From NCBI GenBank assembly GCA_965240325.2, contig OZ251223.1:1426001-1490000 (forward strand): 64,000 nt of DNA. Direction: 5' to 3'. Both the position numbers and the translations under genes were made by a program. The notes under the pieces are model-generated. The model worked only from the letters and a program-made list of their open reading frames with translations. It did no database searches and was not told where the DNA came from. Origin of the DNA: Rebecca billardiae RCC1528. Lineage: Eukaryota > Protista > Haptophyta. Shown one piece after another: positions 53,660-64,000 of this stretch (the first letter of the stretch is position 1; the number at the start of each line of letters is the position of its first letter).

Positions 53660-55411
53660 ATGGCCGAAAAACCGCCGAAGCCGCCGAGCCCGGCCGCGGT
53701 TGTCCTCGAAGCTCTTTGCCGTACGTCGGCCTGCGTCCCAGAGTGGATGCACGGCCCACGAGAGGAGGTCGAGCGTGCAATTCCGTTTGCTCGTGGCGTG
53801 GTCCGGCGTGAATCCGCCGGGATGCCGACGGAGCCGCTCGCGACGCGCGGGCTGCACATGGCGGGCGTCGACCCCCTCGACGCGACGGAGACGCACATCG
53901 CCATGTTCACACGCGCGCTGCGCTGCACGCCCGCGCACATGCCCGACGCTCGTGCGTGCGTCTGGCGCGCGCTGCGCGAGGCGCAGGGCCGTCCCCGCCC
54001 GGTGCCCGCTAGGCGACAGCCGCGCGCGACGCGCGGGCTCGATTTGCCGGGTGTCGACGCCTCCGACGAGACGGGCACCCAGATTGCTGTGCTCGAGCGC
54101 GTCACACGCGCCGTGCCCGCGCACATGCATCACGTTCTCGCACGCGCGCAACGCGCGCTGGACGTGGCACGCCGGCGTGCCGTTGCTGAGCAGCAACACG
54201 CGCTCACGGACGCGCGCACACGCGATCGGGCGCTGGCGACGGAGGCGCGCCTGGCGAGGCGACGCGCGCGCGCGGCACAAGCGCAGCGCGCACGTGAGCG
54301 CGTGCGCGCACGCGCCCGCCAAAGCGGAGCTGGCCGGCATGTGTTCGCGCAAGGGCGCCAGCGCATCTTTGGTGGCGGCGGCCCGGAGCGCACGCGCAGG
54401 CGGCGAGGCCGCAGCAGGTCCAAATCTCGGAGCCGGCCGTCACGCGCCTTGCCCGACTCACGCGCTGGCGAGCGTCCGGCCGCACCGCGCCAAGCCAACC
54501 TCAACAAGGCTTCTATCATGCGCAAGGCGACCGCCGAGCAGCGCCGCGCGCTCGACGGCGTGAGCGCAGCAGTGGAGCTCGCAGAAGGTGGTGGGGCAGA
54601 GGGCGCACGACGCGAGGCGTGGGTCGCGAGCGTGCGCGCCGCGTGCACGGCGTTGCGCGTGCCCGACGCTCGCACGCTCGTCTCCAACGACGACGTCGCG
54701 CTGCTCGACGTGGCGATGATGACCGTCGCGCGCGCTTGGCTGCTCCGACACGGCCGCGCGCCGCCACCGCATCTGCTCGAGGCACCACCCGCGGCTGAGC
54801 TGCGAGCGCTCTCCGCTGTCGCTCGCGCCTCGAGGGCGGAATCCGGCTGGCGAGACGTGGCGTTCGCCGTCGCTCACGCGCGGCTACGACGCCAGCGGGC
54901 CGCGCGCGCCATCCAACGGCGCGCACGCCCGCTCTGGCGCATCCGCGGCACCGCCGCTGGCGCGAGTGTGGAGTTGGGCCGTGCGCCGCGGCGCGTGGGC
55001 GCGGTGCGCGGCGCGCTCGGCATCGTCTGCATGGAGCGGCGGCGCGCGAGGCTGATGGCCGACGAGGAGATGCTGATGCCCGGTGGCGACTACTTCTACA
55101 CGCCCATGGCGTACGCGCCGGGTGCGATCGCCGGCGCCGAGCTCGCGTCGCCGCTGCAGCTGCCGTCGTCGCACGACCGCATCGCGTCGACCTCTGCCGG
55201 GCAGCACTCGCGCTCAGCCTCGGGCTGCTGCTCTGCGGCAGGCTGCGCCGCGCGCGTGGGCCAATTACGTCTAAGAACGAAACACTGGCGACGCTGTCGT
55301 CAGACCGCCGGGCCCGGGACCGCGGGACGGCGCTGCCGGCGCCACACTGCCATTGGCACTGGACACTCAGCCGGCCTCGTCCGTCGAGTCCGTGTCGGGC
55401 TGGCAGTCTGA
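53660..55411 (+). CDS. Hypothetical Ala/Arg-rich helical protein with one IQ-like motif
   Basis: Long ATG ORF; RAARAIQRRAR; undetected introns possible. Confidence 0.55.
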   Translation: MAEKPPKPPSPAAVVLEALCRTSACVPEWMHGPREEVERAIPFARGVVRRESAGMPTEPLATRGLHMAGVDPLDATETHIAMFTRALRCTPAHMPDARACVWRALREAQGRPRPVPARRQPRATRGLDLPGVDASDETGTQIAVLERVTRAVPAHMHHVLARAQRALDVARRRAVAEQQHALTDARTRDRALATEARLARRRARAAQAQRARERVRARARQSGAGRHVFAQGRQRIFGGGGPERTRRRRGRSRSKSRSRPSRALPDSRAGERPAAPRQANLNKASIMRKATAEQRRALDGVSAAVELAEGGGAEGARREAWVASVRAACTALRVPDARTLVSNDDVALLDVAMMTVARAWLLRHGRAPPPHLLEAPPAAELRALSAVARASRAESGWRDVAFAVAHARLRRQRAARAIQRRARPLWRIRGTAAGASVELGRAPRRVGAVRGALGIVCMERRRARLMADEEMLMPGGDYFYTPMAYAPGAIAGAELASPLQLPSSHDRIASTSAGQHSRSASGCCSAAGCAARVGQLRLRTKHWRRCRQTAGPGTAGRRCRRHTAIGTGHSAGLVRRVRVGLAV

Positions 55412-56307
55412 GTCTCATTCCGATCACATCAGACATCGTCATCAAGGCGGAATCAAGCCGAATATGATAATCAAGCAGCGGCTACGACGGTTCGTCGGTT
55501 GTTACGCCAGGCCCGGAGCCGCGCCCTCTGCTGAGTGAGTCTGCAGCGGCTCTAAGCGGCTGGCACCGTCGCTGGCAGACTGGCTCCGATGGTCAGGAAA
55601 ACGCCGTGCCGAAGGGACGCGGTTGCTCAGTCACCTCACCGTCACGTGTCTTTGGTGCTGAACTGCGGATTGACGAACTTTCGGGAACTGGAGTACTGTA
55701 GTGGAGTTGTTCTCAAGATTTAACAGTCGGACAGTAATCTAGATACTGTACTTTAATCACATCAGTTCGCGACTCAACTTTACTACTACGTAGGGAGCAC
55801 GTCGTCGTCAAGCAGTTTCCTTCGTATCAGACCTGCTTTGCTGCTGTTTGATGTTTATTTGTCCTTGTTTTATTCATCGGTCGTCCACATCATCAGCAGT
55901 GAAGTGGTCAGCCCAGGGGAACGCAGCCCAACACTGTGACTGAGGCAGCAAGCCTCAAACCCCCCGGCCGCGCGACGCCCGCGGCCCGCACGACGCCCGC
56001 GCGCCTGTAATTAACACTGTAAAGTGGCTGAAGTGGCGTGCGGCCTCGCCTCGGGTCCACGCTGGCGAAGGCGGAGGCTTGGCGCCCGGTGGTCGTGCGC
56101 GAGGTGGGCACGGGTCTGGTAGATAAGTAAGCAATTCTCGGCCCGGCCCCCACGGCCACGGTCGGCGGGCTGACGCGCCATCTCACTAGATGGCTCGCGC
56201 CGCTCGAGGCGCTCGACTGAGTTATATTATACGCGGTACTCACTACACTGACAGTCCTGTGGCCTCTTCGTCTGCGACCCCGAATATGGCGAATAATAAT
56301 CCGCCCG

Positions 56308-56310
<3 letters not shown>

Positions 56311-56362
<52 letters not shown>
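56311..56362. repeat. (AT)n microsatellite
   Basis: Perfect AT run. Confidence 0.95.
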
Positions 56363-56364
<2 letters not shown>

Positions 56365-57788
56365 TCGCTGAAATAACTAATCACGGGCTGGCTGACTGAC
56401 GTAGCCGTAGGACCGCCCGCGCGCTCGTACTTCCGTCATACTCATCACTCACTCAGTCACGCCACTGAGTCCAGGATTTTCGGTAAGACTGGCGGCGCGC
56501 ACTGCGTATAGTCACTGACTGCGCCTCAGCAGTTTAGTCTCTCACTCAAGCACTCTCTCAGTAGCGCGCTGACTCTATCGCAGCGCGCGCGTCAACTAAT
56601 AATAATCGCGTCGATCTGTGCGAGGCGCGGCCTCTGCGAGTCACTGGCGGTCGGTGGCCCCCGCCCCCTAGCCCTAGGGTCCCGCGAAGGTAAGCAGCGC
56701 GCTGAGCGCGCACACGGGGGCCACTCGACGACTCCGAGACGAGTACGCTGCGTACCGGGCCACCGGAGCCTGCGGCACCATAAGGCGGCCATGCCGGGGG
56801 GCGTCAGTGCGGGGGGCTATAAGTCACTATATATATAAGTGCAGGGGGGGGGGGGGACCGGACTCCGGAGCCGGAGCCCATCACTTATTTGCTGATGGCA
56901 TATGCCGACGATCCGTCTCAGCAGACGGCGGCCTCGCAGGGCCGCCTCAGGGAGCGGCCTACTGTAGCCGCTGTGTAGGCGGTCCGTAGACTACTGCGTA
57001 GGCGAGTATGCGCCGTATCCGCGAGTACGTATGTTACGGTCCGGACGACGCCGAGCAGCCTGGCAACCGAGCGGCCCGAGTAGTGGGCACGGAGTGAGGC
57101 TGCGCGTGTGCCGGGCGTAGTGTCGGACCTCAATCGGCATGCTCGCCCTCACAGCGCAGCGCGCTGCTCGGCAGTGCGACGCGCCGCGCCGCGCCCGTGG
57201 GCGTGCGCGTAGCGCGTGTTGTGCGGCAGCCGGTGGTCACCGCTGAAGTAAGCGATAGTATATGCTTGTTCGTCATTGTCTTTTGCCAGGGACCCACTGA
57301 CTGTGGATACCTTGGGCAACAGACAACGATTCCCCAATTGTCGTCGGTCCGTTGGTTAACAAGGATGGTTGTTGAAGCCGTTTTCATTGGCTTCAACAGG
57401 CTCGGCTTGCTCGCCGGAAAAGAAGCACCGCTGCCCTGTTTATTCGGGTTGATGGAATCCCGTAACAACGAAAATAAATGCGTGCGGGCGGGTGGGCGGG
57501 AAAGAGCTTGCTGATATTGTACATGTACAAAGGACATGCAAACTTACGACAGTATGTTCAAGCTTGGTATATTCAATGTATCGGCAAGACAACGCCGATG
57601 AGGCGATGACGGGCGCGCCGCGCGCGCCCAATTTCCGACGCGACCAGCTCTCATCCGGGCGCGCATCGTCCCGCCGGCGCAGGCGCACGAGAGCGCGACG
57701 TCCGAGGTGGCCGTGGGCAGGCAGCAGGAGGTAGGTGGGCAGGAGGCCTCAGCAGCTCCTTCACTCGGCGACGGGCGATTCCCCCGCG

Positions 57789-60344
57789 ATGACGGACGGC
57801 GCCCCGCTGCCAGCCGAGCAGCGCGTGCCAGCTCGCATCGATGGTCTCCACTGGCGCGCTCGTCACCGAGCGCGGGTCCTCGCCGGGCTCGCGCTCACGA
57901 CGGCGGCGGCGCTTGGACTGTTCCTCGCATGCGGTACCGCGGCACCCGGCTCGCCAAGTCGCTCGAGCTGGCAGATGCGCTCGTCTCCCGCGCGCGGCGG
58001 GCCGGCGATGGTGACGGAGCGCTTTGAGCTCGCCGTCCAGCGCCCCGTCGACGCAGACGGCGTCGCTCAGGGACTGGCGGCCCTCCTCGGCCTGCGACCA
58101 TCGCGCGTGCGCGTCCGTCCAGCAAACGCGTCGGCGACCAATCCAACGGAGAGCCCGCGCCTCGCCATCTCGGTGGCTCACGAGCGCACCTCGCCCGTGT
58201 GCGCGCTGAGCGTGCTTGGCTCGACGCCGCGCCCCGCGCTCGACGCCGCAATCGGCGCGACGGTCGTGAGCGGCCGGCCGTTCTGCCTGAGCCTACTGCA
58301 CGTGAACGACCAGCACGCGCGCATGGAGCCGGTCAACGCGAAGCTCAACCCGTGGGGCTCGCGCGAGGACGTGGCGAGCAACGCGACGCGGTACGGCGGA
58401 GCGGCGCACGTGTGGGGCGCGATGCGCGCGCGCCGCGCCGCGCTCGAGGCGGCGGGGCGGCACGCGCTCGTGCTCGACGTGGGCGACGAGTTCACCGGCA
58501 CGGCGTGGTTCACGTACTACGGCTCGGAGGTGACGGCGCGCGTGCTGCGCGCCGCGGGGCTGGTCGACGTGATGGTCCTCGGCAACCACGAGTTCGACCG
58601 CGGCGCCGACGGCCTCGCGCTGTTCCTCGAGCAACTGGACGGCGCCGTGCGCGTGCGCTCGCACAACGTGGACGTCTCGAGGGTGCCCAGGCTGCGGCGC
58701 AGGCGGCACGCGGACGCGTTCTACCCGCGCGGGTACCACCTCGTGACGAGGCGGCACGAGGGCCGCGACGTGCGCATCGCCATCGTCGGCGTGACCACCG
58801 CCTCGACCCCCGAGTCGAGCAGCCCCGGCCCTGACGTGATCTTTCGAGAGCCGATCGCCGCGCTGCGCGCGCTCGTGCCGCGGCTGCGCGCCGAGCACGC
58901 GGTCGAGCACGTGATCGTGCTCTCGCACTGCGGCGTGGTGCAGGACGAGCAGATCGCGGCGCGCGTGCCGGGCATCAGCGCGGTGGTGGGCGGCCACTCG
59001 CACACGCTCATACGCCACGCGATCAACGTGACCGCCGCCGGCCGCGCCGAGCACGGCGGCGCGGCTGGGCTGGGCGCGTTCCCCGCGAGCGTGCCGGTGG
59101 TGCAGGCGCGCGCGTACTCGCGGTACATCGGCGAGCTCGAGCTGTGCTGGCCGACGCGGGGGCCGACGGCGGGCCGCGGCGCGGGCGGCGCGGACGGCGG
59201 GCCGAGCGTCGTCGCCACCCTCGAGGTGACAGACCTCCGCGAGGGCCGGTTCGAGCCGCACCCGGCGGTGGAGCGCGCGCTCGCCGAGATGGCGCCCGCC
59301 ATCGTCGGCTTCCAGAACACGGTGGTGGGGTATGCCGAGGCCGACGTGCCGGCCGTGGGCTGCGCCACGGCGGACTGCGCGGCCGGGCTGCTGGTCGCCG
59401 CGGCGTTCCTCGAGTCGGAGTACGCCGCCGCGCACGGCGCGCACCTAGCGCTCGCCAACGCGGGCGGCGTGCGCGCGAGCTTCGAGCGAGGCGACGTGAC
59501 GGAGGCCAACGTGCTCACGGTGCAGCCGTTTGAGAACAGGCTGGTCGCGTGCGAGCTGTCCGGCGCCACCGTACTGGCCGCGCTCGAGTACGGCCTCTCG
59601 GCGCTCCGGTACGACCCGTCCACACGCAGCCACTACGCTGACGGGCCTGCGGGCAGCCCAGGCGCGTTCCCCCAGCTCGCGGGTGTGCAGCTCAGCTTCG
59701 ACCCGCGGCGGCCGCCGGGCTCGCGCGTGCTCTCCGCAACGCTCACGCGCACCGCCGAGCCGATCACGCCGTCGTCGACGCTCGTGCTGGTCACGATCGC
59801 CTACCTGCTGCGCGGCGGGGACGGGTACGACGACCTGTCGGAAGGGTGCGCGGCGCCGCTCGAGGACGGGCCGACCGACGCGAGCGCGCTGACCGAGTAC
59901 TGGCGCAGGCACTCGCCCCTCGACCCCGGGCGCGACCTGCCGGGCGCGACGCATGCCGAGCTGAGCGCCGAGGCGCCGCCTTCTCCGCGCGCGGCGGAGA
60001 AGGCGTGGGGTACCGCGGCGCGCGCGCGCGCTCCGTCCGCGTGGGGGGGGCGAGGGCTGGAGGAGGACTCGACGGCGCCGACGCGCGGCGCCGAGGGCGC
60101 GAGCTACGCCACCCGCGCCGCCCGCGAAGCCAACGAGGCTGAAGCGGCGAGCCTGGCCGCGGCCGAGCTGGGAGGCGGGCAGCCCTGCGTCATCGGCGCC
60201 TGGCGCGGCGCGGCGACGTGGGCGCGTTGCGGCGCGGAGCCGGGCCATGTCCTCGGCAGCCTGGGTGTCGATCGGATGCCCCTTGGCATCGGGCCCGCGG
60301 CAATGACCGAGTCGGCCGAGGTCAGAGAGCAGATGATCGAGTGA
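57789..60344 (+). CDS. Membrane-anchored 5'-nucleotidase/apyrase family metallophosphoesterase
   Basis: LLHVNDQHAR, DVGDEFTG, LGNHEFD, VLSHCG, GGHSH, NAGGVRA, QPFENRL, YLLRGGDGY; N-terminal TM. Confidence 0.93.
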   Translation: MTDGAPLPAEQRVPARIDGLHWRARHRARVLAGLALTTAAALGLFLACGTAAPGSPSRSSWQMRSSPARGGPAMVTERFELAVQRPVDADGVAQGLAALLGLRPSRVRVRPANASATNPTESPRLAISVAHERTSPVCALSVLGSTPRPALDAAIGATVVSGRPFCLSLLHVNDQHARMEPVNAKLNPWGSREDVASNATRYGGAAHVWGAMRARRAALEAAGRHALVLDVGDEFTGTAWFTYYGSEVTARVLRAAGLVDVMVLGNHEFDRGADGLALFLEQLDGAVRVRSHNVDVSRVPRLRRRRHADAFYPRGYHLVTRRHEGRDVRIAIVGVTTASTPESSSPGPDVIFREPIAALRALVPRLRAEHAVEHVIVLSHCGVVQDEQIAARVPGISAVVGGHSHTLIRHAINVTAAGRAEHGGAAGLGAFPASVPVVQARAYSRYIGELELCWPTRGPTAGRGAGGADGGPSVVATLEVTDLREGRFEPHPAVERALAEMAPAIVGFQNTVVGYAEADVPAVGCATADCAAGLLVAAAFLESEYAAAHGAHLALANAGGVRASFERGDVTEANVLTVQPFENRLVACELSGATVLAALEYGLSALRYDPSTRSHYADGPAGSPGAFPQLAGVQLSFDPRRPPGSRVLSATLTRTAEPITPSSTLVLVTIAYLLRGGDGYDDLSEGCAAPLEDGPTDASALTEYWRRHSPLDPGRDLPGATHAELSAEAPPSPRAAEKAWGTAARARAPSAWGGRGLEEDSTAPTRGAEGASYATRAAREANEAEAASLAAAELGGGQPCVIGAWRGAATWARCGAEPGHVLGSLGVDRMPLGIGPAAMTESAEVREQMIE

Positions 60345-60516
60345 TCAATAAGAGCCACCTGCTCTCGAAACACCCTGCTGATGTGTGTACTACAGTCGTC
60401 GTACTGACTGGCGGCCGTGTCTCTAGTAGAGCTGCTGGCGCACGTATCCGTCATCGTCAGACGCGATGCTGTCCGGGCTGTCGCTCGATGACGATATCGT
60501 CAACAATAACAGCAAC

Positions 60517-60594
60517 ATATATATATATATATATGCATATATATATATATATACATACATATATATATGTATATATGTATATATATATATATAT
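60517..60594. repeat. Imperfect (AT)n microsatellite
   Basis: AT run with interruptions. Confidence 0.9.
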
Positions 60595-60692
60595 CATCGA
60601 CAGAGTCGTTGCGGGTGCTGAACTCGTCGACATGATGATGCTGAATCAGACTGATGATTGATGGATGATGATCGAGTACGACTACGACGTCA

Positions 60693-63600
60693 TCACGACT
60701 CGCGTCTTGGCTCTCGCGCGCTGCGTCGTCGTCGCTCAGCCTCATTTGACAGCGCAGCAGCCGTAGCAGACTTGCTCGAAACAAACGACGAGCTGTCGTC
60801 TTCAGCCACGGGGTACTGCGCGAGGAAGGCCGCCTGCACGCGGTTGGGCATGCCCGCTGCGAGCTGCTTCCGCCGCTGCTCGCCGATCGCCCGGAGCTGC
60901 GCGCGGTGGATCAGCCGGATCGCCTGCACCTCGTCGATGCGCAGGCTCATGTACGGCCGCGCCGGCCGCGCGAGCGCCCGGTGCGCGATCGCCACCTTGA
61001 GCCGGTGCTTGCGCCCGCGGAGGTGCGCCTGGATGAGCACGAGGTTGCCCTCGCGCCCGCGCGCGTGCGCGCGCACCTTCGCCTGCATGCGCTTCGCCTT
61101 GGCGCGGTACTGCTCGTCGGCGAGCAGCTCGGGCTGGCCGTCGGGCAGCTCGGTCGACCGGCTGCCAACGCTGCCGCCCGCCGCGCCGCCGTCGCCCTCG
61201 GCGAGCGCGGAGGCGGACGAGCCCGAGTCGCGCCGCGCGCGGCCGCGCCGCCTCGAGGCCGAGACCTGCTCCCGGAGCGAGCGCACCGCCGCCTGCGCGC
61301 GGCTCAGCCGCTTCACGGCGGTGGGCAGCCTGATGATGCGCTGCGCGAGCCTGCCATTGGGCGCGGCCGCCGCCGGGCCGGTCACGTGCGTGCGCAGCGA
61401 GAGCAGTGCCGGCGTGTCCAGCTGGTCGAGCACGCCGAGCTGCGCGCGCCGCGCTTGCAGGTCGTCGAGCAGGAAGCTTCGGACGGCGTGCCGCGTGCGC
61501 ACGCCCACCCACAGCCGCTGGATCTGGGGGGCGCGCGCGCGGCGAGGGGGCACGAGGCCAACGCACGCGCCAGGCGGGCGCGCACCAGAGGTGCCGCGAG
61601 GCGCGTGCGTGTGCGCGGGGCGTGAGCAGGCGATTGCGCGGCCGGGCGCGCGAGCGCGCGTTGCTTGCGCAGGCCGGTGCCGCACTCGAGCCCTCCACAA
61701 CCGCCTCGCTCAGGCCTCCAGAGCCTGGCCGTGCCCATCCGGCCATCGCCACCGTACGCGCCGCACGGCGGGGAGAGGCCCGAAGGCGCGGTGCGGCGCG
61801 CGGGCGCGCACCTTGCACGCCGCCGCGTCGACCGGTGCGGCGCCGGCCGCGGCGGGCGCACCGGCGGCGCCATCCAACCCGCCACCTTCGGCGGGAGCGC
61901 GGCTCGATCGCGCGCGCGCGGGCCCGGGCGCGCGCGGCTGCTCGCGCGACGTGGTGCGCTGTATCAGCGCCGAGCGTGCGAGCTCGAGCGCCCTCTGCGC
62001 GCGGCGCGCGGCGCGCGCGGCGTGGCGGCAGCGGCGCACGCGTGAGCGCGTGCGCGGCGCGGCGCGCGGCGATGCCAAAGCATCGACCAAGGCCGTGGCG
62101 CGGCGTGCGCACGCGCACCTGGTGCTCGCAGATCTTGTCGTACGCCCACAGCTGCGTGCCGTACCCGCGCACGTGGTTGAGGTGCAGCCTCCGCCGCCGC
62201 AGCAGCTCCGCCCTGAGCACCGCCAGCCGGTCCGGGTCGCTGAGTTCGACCGTGTATGCCATGCGCCGCACAAAGATGAGACGGTTGTGCTCGGCGCTCC
62301 CCTCGAGCACGCGCGCCCAGCGGCGCTGCCCGAGGCGCAGCGGGGGCGCGAGGGAGCCGGCCACCTGCGCGCGGGGGCCCGCCTGCTCGCGCGACGCGGA
62401 GCGCGAAGCCGCCGGCGCCGACGCTGACTCCGACAGCTGAGAGGCTGACTCGGCGGCGGCCTCGGCGGCGACCGCGCGCGCGCCGCCCGGCGCGGCCGGC
62501 GCGGCCGGCGCGCCCTGCGCGCCCGAGTCGGCGGCTGAGGCCGCGGCGTCCGAGCGCTCGTCGCCGCCGAGCAGCCTCGCCTCCCACATCTGCAGCTGGA
62601 GCATCAGCAGCATCAGCTGCGCCGTGCGCCGCCCGAGCACGCCGCGCCACCACACCTGCAGCCGCCTAACGGCCGCGCGCGGGCGCGCGAGGCATACGCG
62701 CATGTCTGGCACTCGCGAGGAAGCTTCCAGGAAAGTTCCGATGGCGCTGACGGCGCGGCGCTTGATCGCGATGCGCGTGTACAGCCGGAGGCGCCAGGTC
62801 GCGCCCTTGAGCACGCGCAGCTTCCGCATGAAGTCGTCCACCGAGCGCACGAGCACGATCTGCTTCACGGCGCGCTGGATGCGCGCGTGCGCGCGCGCGC
62901 GCGCCTCCGCGTGCCGAGCCCAGCGCAGCGATCGGCTGAGCGCGGAGCTGAAGCGCGCGTGCACGGCGAGCATCACCCAGACGCTCGCCTGCCGCTGGCG
63001 CTCGCGCTCCTCCGCGCGGATCTGCTCCAGGTTCTCGAACCGCTCGATCCGCTGCCACAGCGCCGCCTTCCGCGCCTCCTCCGCCTCCGCGATCGACGCG
63101 CGTCGCTCCGCGTTGGCGCGCAGCGCGGCGTCGCGCGCGGCCGCGCGCCGCGCGGCGAGCTTGGCGGGCGGCGGCGTGGCCCACGCCTCGGCGCGGTTGC
63201 GCTCGACGTGGGGCAGGCTGCTCGGCATGCGCTCCTTCGCCATCTCATCCGCCTGCCGCACGAAGAGCTTGCGCGCCTCCTCGTCCTCGCGCAGCGTGCG
63301 AAGCTTCTCGGAAATTTCCGACGCGACCGCTCGCGACTGGTAGTTGGCCACCGGCTGCACGATGCGCCGAGTGTACGCGGCCGAGGCGCTCGCGTCGAAG
63401 GGCGAGGCGCGCTTGCGCCGCGCGGCGGCGCCGCCGCCCTCCACCGCCGCCGCCGCCGTCTGCGCCCGCCCCAGCTGCTGCACCAGCGCGTGCGTCATCG
63501 GCGCCGCGCGCAGCGGGCCGCGGTGCCCATCCAGAGTGCTCGCGAGCGAGTGCAGGGCGTCCTCAAACGTGCGCGCGTGCTCGCGCGGCCCCTCGGCGCG

Positions 63601-64000
63601 CTCGGCGCGCAGGCCGGGCGGCGGCGACGCGCCGCGCGAGCCGTACGACGAGCCCTCGTCGCTGCTGCCCCCGAACAGCCCGCCCAGCGGCGACGCCGCG
63701 CGCTCGAGGGCGATCATCGCGCGGTTGGCGCGCCGCGTGAGCCCTGCCAGCGGTGAGGTCGCGCGCACGGATGGGAGCGAGGGCGAGAGCGTCGAGGGCG
63801 AGCGCGCGCGGCCGTCGACTGGGCTGCGCGCGCTCCTCCCGCGCCGCCGTCCGCGCGAATCGCCCCCGCTGCCCGCGCTCCCGCGCGACACTTGCTGCAG
63901 GTACACGCGAGAGCCTGCGCTGATGATCGAGGATGGCGCTGGGGACGTGCTCGGCCGCATCGAGCCGCCCGCGGAGTCGGGCGGCGTGCTCAGCTCGAGG
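60693..64000 (-). CDS. Large IQ-motif coiled-coil protein, 5'-partial; introns 61995-62118 and 61524-61811
   Basis: IQ motifs RRLQVWWRG, CK|IQRLWVGVRTR (formed by splicing), RMQAKVRAH, LIQAHLRGRKHR; frame is open to the window end. Confidence 0.75.

Noticed and set aside
1-64000. Many long overlapping or antisense Ala/Arg/Pro-rich ORFs (for example 45975-48068, 60658-62427, 39185-40924)
   Set aside because: Expected shadow ORFs at this GC content; no recognisable motifs

Overview
Very GC-rich, gene-dense eukaryotic nuclear DNA. It has short GC-rich GT-AG introns and signal/transit presequences of the complex-plastid type, which fits a haptophyte such as Diacronema/Pavlova (inference only). 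About 20 recognisable genes: GH5 exo-beta-1,3-glucanase, SUV3 helicase, IQCB1/NPHP5-like IQ protein, CDF metal transporter, GalT/HIT-like nucleotidyltransferase, G6PD, Sec14/CRAL-TRIO protein, Sel1-MYND protein with an in-frame TAG, RlmN, ClpF-like UVR+YccV protein, RGG-WD40 (ZFWD-like), TIM50, GH3 beta-xylosidase, a kringle membrane protein, a 5'-nucleotidase, a large IQ protein and several hypotheticals. Seven gene pairs are arranged head-to-head. Most unusual items: (1) a spliced single-pass gene that fuses signal peptide + Cys-rich ricin-like ectodomain + TM + prokaryote-type TenA + alpha/beta-hydrolase, with the catalytic His position replaced by Cys (43982-46898); (2) a composite element of two apparently identical 782-bp TIR-bounded units bracketing a 204-bp tandem array (20654-23741); (3) a frameshifted NWD1-type NACHT-WD40 (NLR-like) relic behind a ~190-bp tandem array; (4) a ~370-bp-arm foldback between TIM50 and the GH3 gene. 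No rRNA, tRNA or CRISPR was seen. All family calls come from recognising motifs by eye, not from database searches.
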